Part shown: piece by piece, positions 16,890-25,901 of the stretch
Layout: each line of letters begins with the position of its first letter
Position numbering within the stretch: position 1 is the stretch's first letter
DNA from: Escherichia phage ECBP5
Length of the DNA: 45,403 bases
Sequence record: NC_027330.1
Direction: 5' to 3' (one strand)
Made by a program: the position numbers and the translations under genes
Notes under the pieces: generated by a model
The model's database searches: none
What the model saw: the letters and a program-made list of their open reading frames with translations, nothing else
Told to the model about the DNA's origin: nothing

Positions 16890-18013
16890 TGATGACTAAG
16901 ATGACTGAGAAGCAGCTTAAGGAGTGCCTTGTAGCTAAGATGACAACCAGTGAGATTGCTGAGAAGTTTGGCTTATCTCACAGGGCTGTTCAAATTCGCA
17001 AGGCAGCTTTAGCTAAGAAAGGCTACAGCCCTGAGCATGACATGGTGCATCAGGTTCCTGAGGGCTTCTTGCTTAAGGGTCAGTCAACCTTATATGGTAA
17101 GGATGGGGATGTTAAGCTGACTTGGGTTAAGTCATCTATTGACCGTGACAAGCAGCTTGAGCTACTGCGTGAGTTCATTGCTGGCATGGGTGATGACCTT
17201 CCTCGTGAGCTTCCAGTTACCTGTGGTGGTGTAGGTAGTGATGACCTGTTAAACCAGTTCACTATCACTGACTATCACTTAGGTATGCTGGCATGGGATG
17301 AGGAGTCTGGTGACAATTGGGATATGAAGATTGCAACTGACCTAATCCTCAAGTGGTTCCAAGAGGCTATCCGCTGTAGTCCTATGGCTAAGACAGCTGT
17401 GCTGGCTCAGCTTGGTGACTTCTTGCATTGGGATGGGCTGGATGCAGTTACCCCAAGTAGCGGTCATGTACTTGATGCGGACACACGCTTCCAGAAGCTG
17501 GCTCGTGCTGCCATCTACATCACAAGAGCTGTGATTAAGATGCTGCTTGAGAAGCATGAGAAAGTTCATGTTGTCTTTGCAGAGGGTAATCATGATATGG
17601 CTAGCTCAATCTGGATGCGTGAGTTCCTTACAGTGATGTATGAGGATGAACCTCGTATTACCATTGACCAGAGTCCAGACCCTTATTATTGCTATGTGCA
17701 TGGTGATACTACGTTGTTCTACCATCACGGCCATAAGAAGAAGATGGAGCAGTTGTCTGATGTGTTCGCTGCTAAGTTCCGTAGTGAGTGGGGTGCTAGT
17801 AAATATTCCTATGCTCACGTAGGTCACTTGCATCATCACAAAGTGATTGAAAGCCCACTGATGAAGGTAGAGCAGCATCAGACTCTGGCAGCTAAGGATG
17901 CTTATGCAAGCCGTGGTGGTTGGCTTAGCAAGCGAGCTGCTACTGTAATCACTTACCATAAGAAGTTTGGGGAAGTATGTAGGGCTACCATCACACCAGA
18001 GATGGTAAGTTAG
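16889..18013 (+). CDS. Calcineurin-like metallophosphoesterase with N-terminal HTH-like segment
   Basis: Metallophosphoesterase motif series DYH, GDFLHWD, GNHD, HHGH, GHLHHH; N-terminal TSEIAEKFGLSHRAVQIRKAALAKKG. Confidence 0.75.
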   Translation: MMTKMTEKQLKECLVAKMTTSEIAEKFGLSHRAVQIRKAALAKKGYSPEHDMVHQVPEGFLLKGQSTLYGKDGDVKLTWVKSSIDRDKQLELLREFIAGMGDDLPRELPVTCGGVGSDDLLNQFTITDYHLGMLAWDEESGDNWDMKIATDLILKWFQEAIRCSPMAKTAVLAQLGDFLHWDGLDAVTPSSGHVLDADTRFQKLARAAIYITRAVIKMLLEKHEKVHVVFAEGNHDMASSIWMREFLTVMYEDEPRITIDQSPDPYYCYVHGDTTLFYHHGHKKKMEQLSDVFAAKFRSEWGASKYSYAHVGHLHHHKVIESPLMKVEQHQTLAAKDAYASRGGWLSKRAATVITYHKKFGEVCRATITPEMVS

Positions 18014-18029
18014 AAACTACAATAGGACT
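18009..18029 (+). promoter_or_regulatory. Phage-RNAP promoter candidate (variant)
   Basis: GTTAGAAACTACAATAGGACT overlapping the upstream stop codon. Confidence 0.45.
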
Positions 18030-18052
18030 AACAACTTAGGAAACTTACTGTA

Positions 18053-18640
18053 ATGAAAGACACTTATATCTTTGACTTGGATGGTACATTAGCTTGCGGT
18101 AAACACCGCTTGCATCTGCTCCCAACTAAGGATACTGCACACCGTACAGAAGCTTGGGATAGTTTCAATCTTGCTGCTGGTGGTGATTCTCCAATCCTTG
18201 ACAACATCCGACTGATGAATGAATTGTTCCAGTTTGGTAAGCGTATCATCATCCTGTCTGGTCGTTGTGATGTAGCTAAGGCTATTACTGAGAAGTGGCT
18301 GTGGGAACATGGCTGTAACTTCAATCAGCTTATTATGCGCCCAGCAGCTGACCATCGTCGTGATATTGAGTTCAAGGAAGAGAAGCTGCGTGATATTGGC
18401 CTTGAGCGAATTGTAGCTTGCTTTGATGACCTTGAGCATGTTGCCAAGCACATCCGTAGCTTGGGTGTTACTTGTCATCTTGTCACTCACTACGACACTA
18501 ATTGTGTGTCAGTGAGCCAACATGTTCGCTACCCTGAGCCAAAGACTGATGATGATAACTTGTGGGATACAGAGGAAGGTGCAACTTTCAATGAAGGTTA
18601 TAACCAAGCTATTGAAGACACCAAGGAGCTTAATAAATGA
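18053..18640 (+). CDS. HAD-family phosphatase resembling the 3'-phosphatase domain of T4 polynucleotide kinase
   Basis: HAD motif I FDLDGTL; ILSGR, KEEKL and DDLEHV segments parallel the T4 Pnk phosphatase domain. Confidence 0.8.
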   Translation: MKDTYIFDLDGTLACGKHRLHLLPTKDTAHRTEAWDSFNLAAGGDSPILDNIRLMNELFQFGKRIIILSGRCDVAKAITEKWLWEHGCNFNQLIMRPAADHRRDIEFKEEKLRDIGLERIVACFDDLEHVAKHIRSLGVTCHLVTHYDTNCVSVSQHVRYPEPKTDDDNLWDTEEGATFNEGYNQAIEDTKELNK

Positions 18641-19203
18641 TTGTAATTCTTAATGCTCCACCGGCATCTGGTAAAGATACCATTGGAGGAATCTTAGCTG
18701 ACTGGCATGGCTGGAAAGCTCTTAGCTTCAAGAAGCCTATGTTTGACTTAGCTAAGTCTCTACTAGGTGAAGAGAAGTATGCACAGTTCCTTGAGTTGTA
18801 CAATGACCGCAGCACTAAGGACAAGCCTACTAGTCTTTGTGGTGGGCTGTCACCTCGTGACTTCTTCATCCATATCTCTGAGAAGATGTGCAAGCCACTG
18901 TTTGGTGAACAATACTTTGGTGAGCGCTTCCTTGAGCTGGTTAGCAATGAGGTAACTACTGTAGTTACTGATGGCGGCTTCCCTCAGGAAGTTCGTCCAA
19001 TGCTGGATGCAGGTCATAAGGTTGTTATTGTACGCTTGTTCCGCAAGGGCTATGACTTCTCTAATGACTCACGCCGCTACTTAACTGAGCAGGATTTCTC
19101 AGACTTGCCAACCTTCCGTAGCCCTTCATTCCTTGATGTTGAGCTTACAGAGGGTCATCCTTATCGTGCAGCTGATTACATCTTTAATAAGCTAGAGGGT
19201 TAA
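18637..19203 (+). CDS. P-loop nucleotide/polynucleotide kinase (T4 dNMP kinase-like)
   Basis: P-loop NAPPASGKDT resembles T4 gp1 dNMP kinase SGKDT; ATGA overlap with the phosphatase gene. Confidence 0.7.
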   Translation: MIVILNAPPASGKDTIGGILADWHGWKALSFKKPMFDLAKSLLGEEKYAQFLELYNDRSTKDKPTSLCGGLSPRDFFIHISEKMCKPLFGEQYFGERFLELVSNEVTTVVTDGGFPQEVRPMLDAGHKVVIVRLFRKGYDFSNDSRRYLTEQDFSDLPTFRSPSFLDVELTEGHPYRAADYIFNKLEG

Positions 19204-19204
19204 T

Positions 19205-20158
19205 ATGAACGTATTTGAGTTCCTTGGCTACCCAGCTGACCACCGACCTAAGAGCAAGGTTGTGCAGCTGGTTAAGCATTGGGATGAAGTACCTGAAAGC
19301 CGTAAGCAGTATCCGTATTATGCGCAGGTCAAGAAAGACGGTGTGTTTGGTATTGTTGTGGTAACTAAAGATGATGATGGCAACATTGCTGTTTCTGTCT
19401 TCGGTCGCACAGGTGAGCAGCTCAGTAACACTGAGGCAATCTGCTCACGCTTCCTTGAAGGTTACATTGCTGAGGGCATCTACATTGGAGAGGTGCTTAC
19501 TCAATCTCCATGTAGCCTTGAGGAGCTGTCAGGTATCCTCAACCCTAATCGTGTCAATAAGCTGGACATCAATCAGGAAGTTATCAAGTGGAACTTGTAC
19601 ATTGCTCTGCATGATTGCTTAACTGAAAAGATGTTCATAGCTGGCACATCAGCTGGCATCAGCTACCACACACGCCACGCTAGCTTGATGAAGCGTATTG
19701 CAGGTACTGACCTAGAGGAAAGCGCACTACCTTACACAGTCATTCACGATGACAAGCAGAAGGAACAGTTCACTAAAGCTTGCATTGCTGCTGGGGAGGA
19801 GGGTGCAGTCTACAAGCGTCCTGGCTGTGAGTGGGAAGCTGGTCATAAAGGCTGGCATCAGATGAAGGAAGTACGTGAGGTAACGTATGACCTAAAGTGT
19901 GTAGGCTACGAGGAAGGGTCAGGCAAGTACAAAGGAAAGGTCGCTAACCTTATCTTCCAATGGAGAGATGGTGAGTCTATTAAGGCCATGCTTGGTAAGG
20001 GCTATACCCACAAGGATGCTGAAGATATGTTCAATGACCCAAGCTTGTTTATGCATAAGGTCTTCCGTATTCGTGGCCTGCAAGATAGTAGCAAAGGCAA
20101 GATTAGATTACCTAAAGTACAAGAGGAACGTTATGACAAAGTTACCGGAGATTATTAG
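19205..20158 (+). CDS. ATP-dependent DNA ligase
   Basis: Ligase motif I KKDGV, motif IV EGAVYK, motif V WHQMKEV. Confidence 0.9.
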   Translation: MNVFEFLGYPADHRPKSKVVQLVKHWDEVPESRKQYPYYAQVKKDGVFGIVVVTKDDDGNIAVSVFGRTGEQLSNTEAICSRFLEGYIAEGIYIGEVLTQSPCSLEELSGILNPNRVNKLDINQEVIKWNLYIALHDCLTEKMFIAGTSAGISYHTRHASLMKRIAGTDLEESALPYTVIHDDKQKEQFTKACIAAGEEGAVYKRPGCEWEAGHKGWHQMKEVREVTYDLKCVGYEEGSGKYKGKVANLIFQWRDGESIKAMLGKGYTHKDAEDMFNDPSLFMHKVFRIRGLQDSSKGKIRLPKVQEERYDKVTGDY

Positions 20159-20513
20159 TAGACGCTTTAACGTTATTACGGGTAAGGAAGTGCCATTGGG
20201 CTGCATGGATGAGGATTACCCTCGTGCAAGTGGTCGCACAACTGGCATTGCACTACGTGCCATCTCTGACACCATTCTAACTGGTGTACCTGTGTTTGTC
20301 ACAGACCATGATGACTACCCAAGCTGTTATACCGAGCATTCAGCTAAGCTACTTGCTGGTCGTATTCGCGCACTAGCTGAACAGATGAATCTTAATGGCA
20401 TTGAGGTTGAAGCTGTCAGCACACCTCAGCGCAGGTTGAATGGCTCTTATGTATGGGGCGCACAAGTTAGCTTCCATTTGCATCAGGAAGTCACGTATGA
20501 CCTTCGCAAGTAA
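20133..20513 (+). CDS. Hypothetical protein (126 aa)
   Basis: AAGAGGAA RBS before ATG 20133; ORF-track start at 19968 lies inside the ligase gene. Confidence 0.55.
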   Translation: MTKLPEIISRRFNVITGKEVPLGCMDEDYPRASGRTTGIALRAISDTILTGVPVFVTDHDDYPSCYTEHSAKLLAGRIRALAEQMNLNGIEVEAVSTPQRRLNGSYVWGAQVSFHLHQEVTYDLRK

Positions 20514-20673
20514 GCAGCAAGCTATGGAGTTTGCCATCAACACTTTTGTAGATGGTAATCAACTCACATCAGCTGAGCAGGAAGCTGTTCAAGCTGCTGG
20601 TGTTAACATCAAACAGGTAGAGGACTATGTTAGACAAGCACTCGGTTCCAACGAGCCTGAAGGAGAGGATTAG
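20497..20673 (+). CDS. Small hypothetical protein (58 aa)
   Basis: AGGAAG RBS 6 nt before ATG 20497. Confidence 0.4.
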   Translation: MTFASKQQAMEFAINTFVDGNQLTSAEQEAVQAAGVNIKQVEDYVRQALGSNEPEGED

Positions 20674-20857
20674 TGATGATGAGTACCCGAATCCTAAAAA
20701 CCCTACTGCTCTTGATTTACCTACATACTCCTTCTTGGATGACGCACTACGTACCCCGACAACTAACTACCGTTCGGAGATGCATGAGTTCATCCGTAAG
20801 GAAGTCATACAAGAACTACGAGGGATTATCTTCTCATGCCTCAAATTCCGCAAGTAA
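20627..20857 (+). CDS. Hypothetical protein (76 aa)
   Basis: Protein-like composition; overlaps neighbouring ORFs in a different frame. Confidence 0.4.
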   Translation: MLDKHSVPTSLKERISDDEYPNPKNPTALDLPTYSFLDDALRTPTTNYRSEMHEFIRKEVIQELRGIIFSCLKFRK

Positions 20858-21297
20858 GAGATGCAGGCCACCTAGACCTGCTTATACTAGCAAGCCTTGC
20901 TAATGAGTACGCGCAAGAAGTTACTGAGATGAAACAGCATCCGGTGGACGCGAATGTACTCATGCATGGATTGGCAGCTACCATAGGTAATCCAACTGGA
21001 TACCTGAAGGTCTTAACAGTTGATGGTAAAGTGGTAGGTGGCTTTTGGGGTTGCTTAACCCATATGCCTTGGTCAGCAACCTTAGTTGCACAGGACATTA
21101 TCATCTTTGTTAATAAGGACTTCAGGGGCTATGGTAGGCTGCTGATAGATGACTGGCTCAAGTGGGCTAAGTCAGTGGGCGCAAAGGAAGTGTGCCTTAG
21201 CACAGCCTCAGGTATTGCAACAGAAACTACCTGCAAGCTGTTTGAAAGATTAGGATTCCGAAAAGTAGGCTATATGTATTCTAAGGAGGTTACATGA
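20836..21297 (+). CDS. GNAT-family N-acetyltransferase
   Basis: Acetyl-CoA-binding-like segment VNKDFRGYGRLLIDDWLKWAK; 153 aa. Confidence 0.65.
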   Translation: MPQIPQVRDAGHLDLLILASLANEYAQEVTEMKQHPVDANVLMHGLAATIGNPTGYLKVLTVDGKVVGGFWGCLTHMPWSATLVAQDIIIFVNKDFRGYGRLLIDDWLKWAKSVGAKEVCLSTASGIATETTCKLFERLGFRKVGYMYSKEVT

Positions 21298-21500
21298 GCA
21301 TGAGTAAACCTAAGGTTCCAGCATACAACCCGCCAGCTGCTAAGCCTGAGCGTCAGGTTGATGTTGAGCCTGAGGATGTACAGTTGGGTGATGCAGCAAG
21401 TCAAGACCCAACAAAGAAAGGTAAGCGCGCCCTTATGCGCCCTAGTGGTGCTATGAGTGGTGCAAACGCTGGTGGCAGTGGTGCAGGCTTAGCAGTCTAA
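21294..21500 (+). CDS. Small Gly/Ala-rich protein (68 aa), possible virion-associated protein
   Basis: AAGGAGG RBS; sits directly upstream of the portal gene. Confidence 0.5.
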   Translation: MSMSKPKVPAYNPPAAKPERQVDVEPEDVQLGDAASQDPTKKGKRALMRPSGAMSGANAGGSGAGLAV

Positions 21501-21509
21501 GGAGGGCTT

Positions 21510-23102
21510 ATGAGAGGGTATAGCCCTATCATCACTAAGGGTGGTGATGTTCCTTATATGAACAATCGCATGAAGGTTAAGGAAGAATCTGGCAAGCCAA
21601 AGTCAACCCTAGCTGAGCGATATAAAACCCTCTCAGCTAAGAGGGAGACACAGCTTTCACGAGCTAAGATGTATGCAAAGATTACCCTGCCAGCTCTGTT
21701 CACTGAAGACCAGAGTACTGACCAAGGTGATGCATATACTCAGAATAGCTGGCAGAGCTTAGGTGCGCAGGGTGTTAACCATCTGGCTAACAAGTTGGTT
21801 ATGACTTGGTTCCCGCCACAGCGTTCCTTCTTTAAGCTAGAGTTTACAGATGAGGCTAAGCAGGCTCTATACGATACTGGTACAGATGACGTTGAATTAC
21901 TCAGTATCATGGCTAGGGCTGAGAACAAAGCTAGACTTCTGCATGAACAAATCCAAGGACGCATTGCATGGACACAAGCTGCTAAGCATTTAATTGTAGC
22001 TGGCAATGCTATGCTCTATGCACCAGTTAATGACAGTCTTGTATGTTATCCGATGGATAAGTATGTAGTTAAACGTTCAAAGACTGGACGTGTAACTCAG
22101 ATGATTCTGGAGGAAGTTAAGTGCTTGAGTGAGTTCCCTCCAGCTGTTCAGGCTATCATCAAGGCTAAGAGGTTTAACCTTAAGCAAGATGATACTGTTG
22201 AGTTGTACACACAAGCTAAGTGGGATGGTAGTATGTATGTCATCACACAGGAAGCTGTGGATACTACAATAGGGAAGGAATACCGAGTCAAGCCTGAGGA
22301 GTCACCATTCATCGTCCTGACTTGGGAACGTCTGTATGGAGAGGACTATGGTCGTGGCTTAGTAGAATCTTGCTACGGCGACTTATTCACTTACGCTTTC
22401 CTGTCTAAAGCTGTTGCTAAAGGTTGTGCGCTTATGTCAGAGGTTAAATTCCTCGTCAAGCGCGGTTCAGCCACTTCACCAACTGCACATGCTAAAGCCG
22501 AAACAGGTGATTATGTATGGGGAGAGGAGGGTGATGTAAGTGTTGTACAGCTAGAGAAGTATGGTGATTACCAGACAGTCTTATCAGTTCTTGAAACATA
22601 CTCTAAGCGACTAGGTCAGGCATTCCTTCTGGCATCTGCTAACCGCAGGGATGCAGAGCGAGTGACAACCTATGAGCTGCGTATGGATGCAATGGAGCTG
22701 GAGACATCATTAGGTGGAACCTATTCTCAGATTGCTGTATCAGGTCAGCTACCTTATGCTAACCTGTTGCTCCAGCGCTCTGGCTTTAAGCTCCCTGCTA
22801 CTGATGCTGTACCAATCATTATCACAGGTATTGAGGCGCTAGGTAAAGCTGGTGAGCTTGATAAGCTTATGCAGCTGTCAGAGATGATGGCAATCCCTAA
22901 TAGCTGGTCGACAGCTGCACAGGAGCGCATCAAGTGGTCTGACTATATCGCATTCATCGCAGCTAACCTTAACATGGAGACTAGTTGGCTGATGACTGAA
23001 GATGAGTACAACAAGATGAAGCAGGCACAGCAACAGCTAATGCAGCAACAGCAACTTATGGAAGCTGCTGGTAAAGCTGCCCCACAAATGATGAAACAAT
23101 AA
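21510..23102 (+). CDS. Head-tail connector (portal) protein (T7 gp8-like)
   Basis: 530 aa; SWQSLGAQGVNHLANKLVM parallels T7 gp8 PWQAVGARGLNNLASKLML; TAAGGAGGG RBS. Confidence 0.9.
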   Translation: MRGYSPIITKGGDVPYMNNRMKVKEESGKPKSTLAERYKTLSAKRETQLSRAKMYAKITLPALFTEDQSTDQGDAYTQNSWQSLGAQGVNHLANKLVMTWFPPQRSFFKLEFTDEAKQALYDTGTDDVELLSIMARAENKARLLHEQIQGRIAWTQAAKHLIVAGNAMLYAPVNDSLVCYPMDKYVVKRSKTGRVTQMILEEVKCLSEFPPAVQAIIKAKRFNLKQDDTVELYTQAKWDGSMYVITQEAVDTTIGKEYRVKPEESPFIVLTWERLYGEDYGRGLVESCYGDLFTYAFLSKAVAKGCALMSEVKFLVKRGSATSPTAHAKAETGDYVWGEEGDVSVVQLEKYGDYQTVLSVLETYSKRLGQAFLLASANRRDAERVTTYELRMDAMELETSLGGTYSQIAVSGQLPYANLLLQRSGFKLPATDAVPIIITGIEALGKAGELDKLMQLSEMMAIPNSWSTAAQERIKWSDYIAFIAANLNMETSWLMTEDEYNKMKQAQQQLMQQQQLMEAAGKAAPQMMKQ

Positions 23103-23112
23103 GAGGTGTTAA

Positions 23113-23991
23113 ATGAGCTACGAAATCCTTTCAGTTGGCGACCAGCCTGCTAATAACAACGGTACTAATGGCAACCTGTCAACTGCACCAGAAGAGACTC
23201 CAGCTACCCCTGTAGAGGACAGCAACGGTAAGCCTGTAGAGACTACCCAAGCAACCACTGAGACTCAGACAACTGAACAGCCACCTGAACAGACTACTGA
23301 GGAACCTCAGGAGAGTGTGCCTGAATACTTCTTTGGTGAAGACCAAGTTGAGATTGAAGTACCTGAAGATATTGCAGCTGCTTTTGCTGAGAAAGGTATT
23401 GATAGCAATCAGGTACTGTCAGAGCTGTTTGCCAAGGGTGGTAAGTTTGAGCTGACGCCAGAGACTAAAGCTAAGCTCGATGAAGCTTTTGGCAAGCCTC
23501 TGGTAGATGGCTACCTGAACCTCTACCGCCAGCAGAATAAGCTGGCTGTTGACCAGTTTAAGTCTGATGCAGCAGCTCAAGAGAAGCTGCACACTGAGAT
23601 TACTGGTGACTTTAACACGCTGGTAGGCGGAGATGAGGGCTGGTCTGAGCTTGACAAGTGGGCTGCTGAGAACATGAGTGAAGCTGAGCTGGCATCCTTC
23701 AATGCTGTCATGCAGCTGCCGCCAGAAAACTGGAAAGCTCAACGGGCTGTCATTGAGGCCATGCAAATCAAGCGTGGTGCTGTTGTTGAGAAAACTGAGG
23801 GCACTGGCATGGGTGAGCTGATTGGTGATGACGGAGACGCTGGCAAGCGCAATTCTGAGGGATTGCCACAGACCCTGACAATGTCTGAGTTTCAGAGCAT
23901 GATGGGTACAGAGAAGTACCGGAAAGACCCAGCCTACGCTGCCCGTGTTGACGCTATCCGTCGAGCCTCTAAGCAAGCTGGTATTGCTTAA
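23113..23991 (+). CDS. Capsid assembly (scaffolding) protein
   Basis: 292 aa, highly acidic, between portal and capsid genes as in T7 gp9. Confidence 0.7.
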   Translation: MSYEILSVGDQPANNNGTNGNLSTAPEETPATPVEDSNGKPVETTQATTETQTTEQPPEQTTEEPQESVPEYFFGEDQVEIEVPEDIAAAFAEKGIDSNQVLSELFAKGGKFELTPETKAKLDEAFGKPLVDGYLNLYRQQNKLAVDQFKSDAAAQEKLHTEITGDFNTLVGGDEGWSELDKWAAENMSEAELASFNAVMQLPPENWKAQRAVIEAMQIKRGAVVEKTEGTGMGELIGDDGDAGKRNSEGLPQTLTMSEFQSMMGTEKYRKDPAYAARVDAIRRASKQAGIA

Positions 23992-24008
23992 ATTTCAACC
24001 ACTTAATA

Positions 24009-24030
24009 ATTAGGCACTACAATAGGAGAA
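24009..24030 (+). promoter_or_regulatory. Phage-RNAP promoter candidate (consensus copy) driving the capsid gene
   Basis: ATTAGGCACTACAATAGGAGAA. Confidence 0.6.
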
Positions 24031-24091
24031 GCTGAAAGTAGCTTTGTGGGCTAGTGCCTACCTAATAAATTTATAAGGAGACAACTAATAT

Positions 24092-25204
24092 ATGTCTAGC
24101 GTTAACAATCTGGTAAACCCTGCTGTCTCAGTCTCTGGTGAGGTAGATACACTACTCATTGAGAAGTTTGATGGTCAGGTTAAGTTGGCTTATAAAGAGA
24201 TGGTCAACATGATGCGCTACTTCGACCTGAAGGAAGTGGTAGGCACTAACTCCGTTTCTAACAAATACATGGGTACTACCCAAGTTCAGGGCTTAGCTCC
24301 TGGTGCTGATGTTAAAGGTACACAAGTTGAGTTCGACAAAAACCAGCTGGTAATCGACACTGTTGTTATTGCACGTAACAACGTAGGTATTCTTGCTGAC
24401 GTTCAGGATGACATCAATACCAAAGGTAAGCTGGCAGTAGATCAAGTAGAACAGCTGGGTATGATGGAAGACCGTATGCTTATCCAGCAGATTGCCTACG
24501 GTGCTATCAAGAACACCAAGACTAAGCGCACTAAGCCACGTGTTCGTGGTCATGGTTTCTCTGTTGATATTAAAGTCAAAGCAGAAACTATGGAGTACCC
24601 TAATGCTGTTCAGGCATCTCTGGAAGCTGTTCTGGAAGCTATGGTCAAGCAGAACGTGCCTATCCAGAAGATTGCTGCAATCATGGACTGGACGTACTTC
24701 AACACCCTGCGTGATGCAGAGCGTATTGTTAATGCCACCTACACCACTGCTTCTGGTACTACCATTAATGGCTTTGTACTGAAGTCTTACAACCTGCCAA
24801 TCATCCCCACTAACCAGATGCCTAACAAAGACCGTGACCAGCAGGACTTGGATGGCAACACCTCAGCACACCACCTACTGTCTAACGCTAATAACGGCTA
24901 TCGTTATGACGTACTGGACTCTGGTGATGACCGCATGGATAACGTAGTAGCTGTCCTGTTCGGTTCTGAAGGCCTGATGGTTGGTCGTTCAATCTCACTG
25001 CAAGGTAAGATTTGGATGAATGACAACAACAAGACTTGGTACATCGACTCTTGGATGTCTGAGGGTGCTATCCCTGACCGTTGGGAGCATCTTGGTGTCG
25101 TCCGTGTAGTTCCAGATGCATCTGCTTCTGAAGACGTGGCTGTTCGTAAGCGCGCTAACCGTAAGGTTGTTCCTGTCACTACGACTCCACTGGCTACTTC
25201 TTAA
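24092..25204 (+). CDS. Major capsid protein
   Basis: 370 aa; own promoter, TAAGGAG RBS and strong downstream terminator; position equivalent to T7 gene 10; highly biased codon usage. Confidence 0.8.
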   Translation: MSSVNNLVNPAVSVSGEVDTLLIEKFDGQVKLAYKEMVNMMRYFDLKEVVGTNSVSNKYMGTTQVQGLAPGADVKGTQVEFDKNQLVIDTVVIARNNVGILADVQDDINTKGKLAVDQVEQLGMMEDRMLIQQIAYGAIKNTKTKRTKPRVRGHGFSVDIKVKAETMEYPNAVQASLEAVLEAMVKQNVPIQKIAAIMDWTYFNTLRDAERIVNATYTTASGTTINGFVLKSYNLPIIPTNQMPNKDRDQQDLDGNTSAHHLLSNANNGYRYDVLDSGDDRMDNVVAVLFGSEGLMVGRSISLQGKIWMNDNNKTWYIDSWMSEGAIPDRWEHLGVVRVVPDASASEDVAVRKRANRKVVPVTTTPLATS

Positions 25205-25219
25205 TTATAAGTGCCACTT

Positions 25220-25250
25220 TGCCCCGTCCTCTTGGATGGGGCTTATTTTT
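25220..25250 (+). terminator. Rho-independent terminator (T-phi-like, after capsid gene)
   Basis: GCCCCGTCC-TCTT-GGATGGGGC hairpin followed by TTATTTTTG. Confidence 0.7.
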
Positions 25251-25263
25251 GTTAGGAGGCTGA

Positions 25264-25893
25264 ATGCAGCTCTATGTCAATACAAGACTAGATGCAATCA
25301 ACTATGTCCTCAGCTGTATTGGGCTTGCACCAGTTGACTCAGAAGATGATTACAACTTGGATGTTGCTCAAGCTGGTGGGATGGTTGATAAGGTTTCTAG
25401 GACTATTCAAAACAACAAGGGTAGGGGCTATTGGTTTAATCGAGAGGCTAACCACAAGCTTGCTCCAGACCCTGTCACCGGTAATGTGCTGATACCAAAC
25501 AACACGTTAGCTGTCTATCGTTTTGATAACTTCAACAGACCAGCAAAGATTGCTACAAGGGGTCGTGCCCTTTATGACACTGCTACCCACGGATTTGATA
25601 TGCGTGGATTGGCTAACAGTGATGGTTTTATGCACCTGATGCTAGTTACTCAAATAGATTATGGTGACTTGCCACAAACTGCTAAGGATGCCATAGCATC
25701 TCAGGCTGGTATGATGTTTGCTCGTAGTAACGAGATGGACGTTAACCGCATTAAGGTACTGGCTGGTGAAGCCGAGGAAGCTATGTGGGGTCTTGAGTGT
25801 GAGGAAACAACACAGTCTCAGGCTAATGCATTCAAGGATAGCAGGAGCATGGCACAGTTTAACTTTGTTGTTGGTGGGTATAACGATATTTAG
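25264..25893 (+). CDS. Tail tubular protein A (T7 gp11-like)
   Basis: 209 aa; N-terminal AINYVLSCIGLAPVDSEDD parallels T7 gp11 [20 protein letters not shown]. Confidence 0.8.
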   Translation: MQLYVNTRLDAINYVLSCIGLAPVDSEDDYNLDVAQAGGMVDKVSRTIQNNKGRGYWFNREANHKLAPDPVTGNVLIPNNTLAVYRFDNFNRPAKIATRGRALYDTATHGFDMRGLANSDGFMHLMLVTQIDYGDLPQTAKDAIASQAGMMFARSNEMDVNRIKVLAGEAEEAMWGLECEETTQSQANAFKDSRSMAQFNFVVGGYNDI

Positions 25894-25901
25894 GAGGATT
25901 G

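Noticed and set aside
19371-19622. 83-aa ORF embedded in the ligase gene
   Set aside because: Lies entirely inside the ligase ORF in another frame, with no RBS
20673-20903. 76-aa ORF in the third frame overlapping 20627..20857
   Set aside because: Composition looks like an out-of-frame reading of the neighbouring gene (Ser/Leu/Arg-rich); frame 2 looks protein-like
24092-25204. T7-like programmed -1 frameshift at the end of the capsid gene (10A/10B)
   Set aside because: No slippery heptamer and no extended overlapping frame were seen before the terminator
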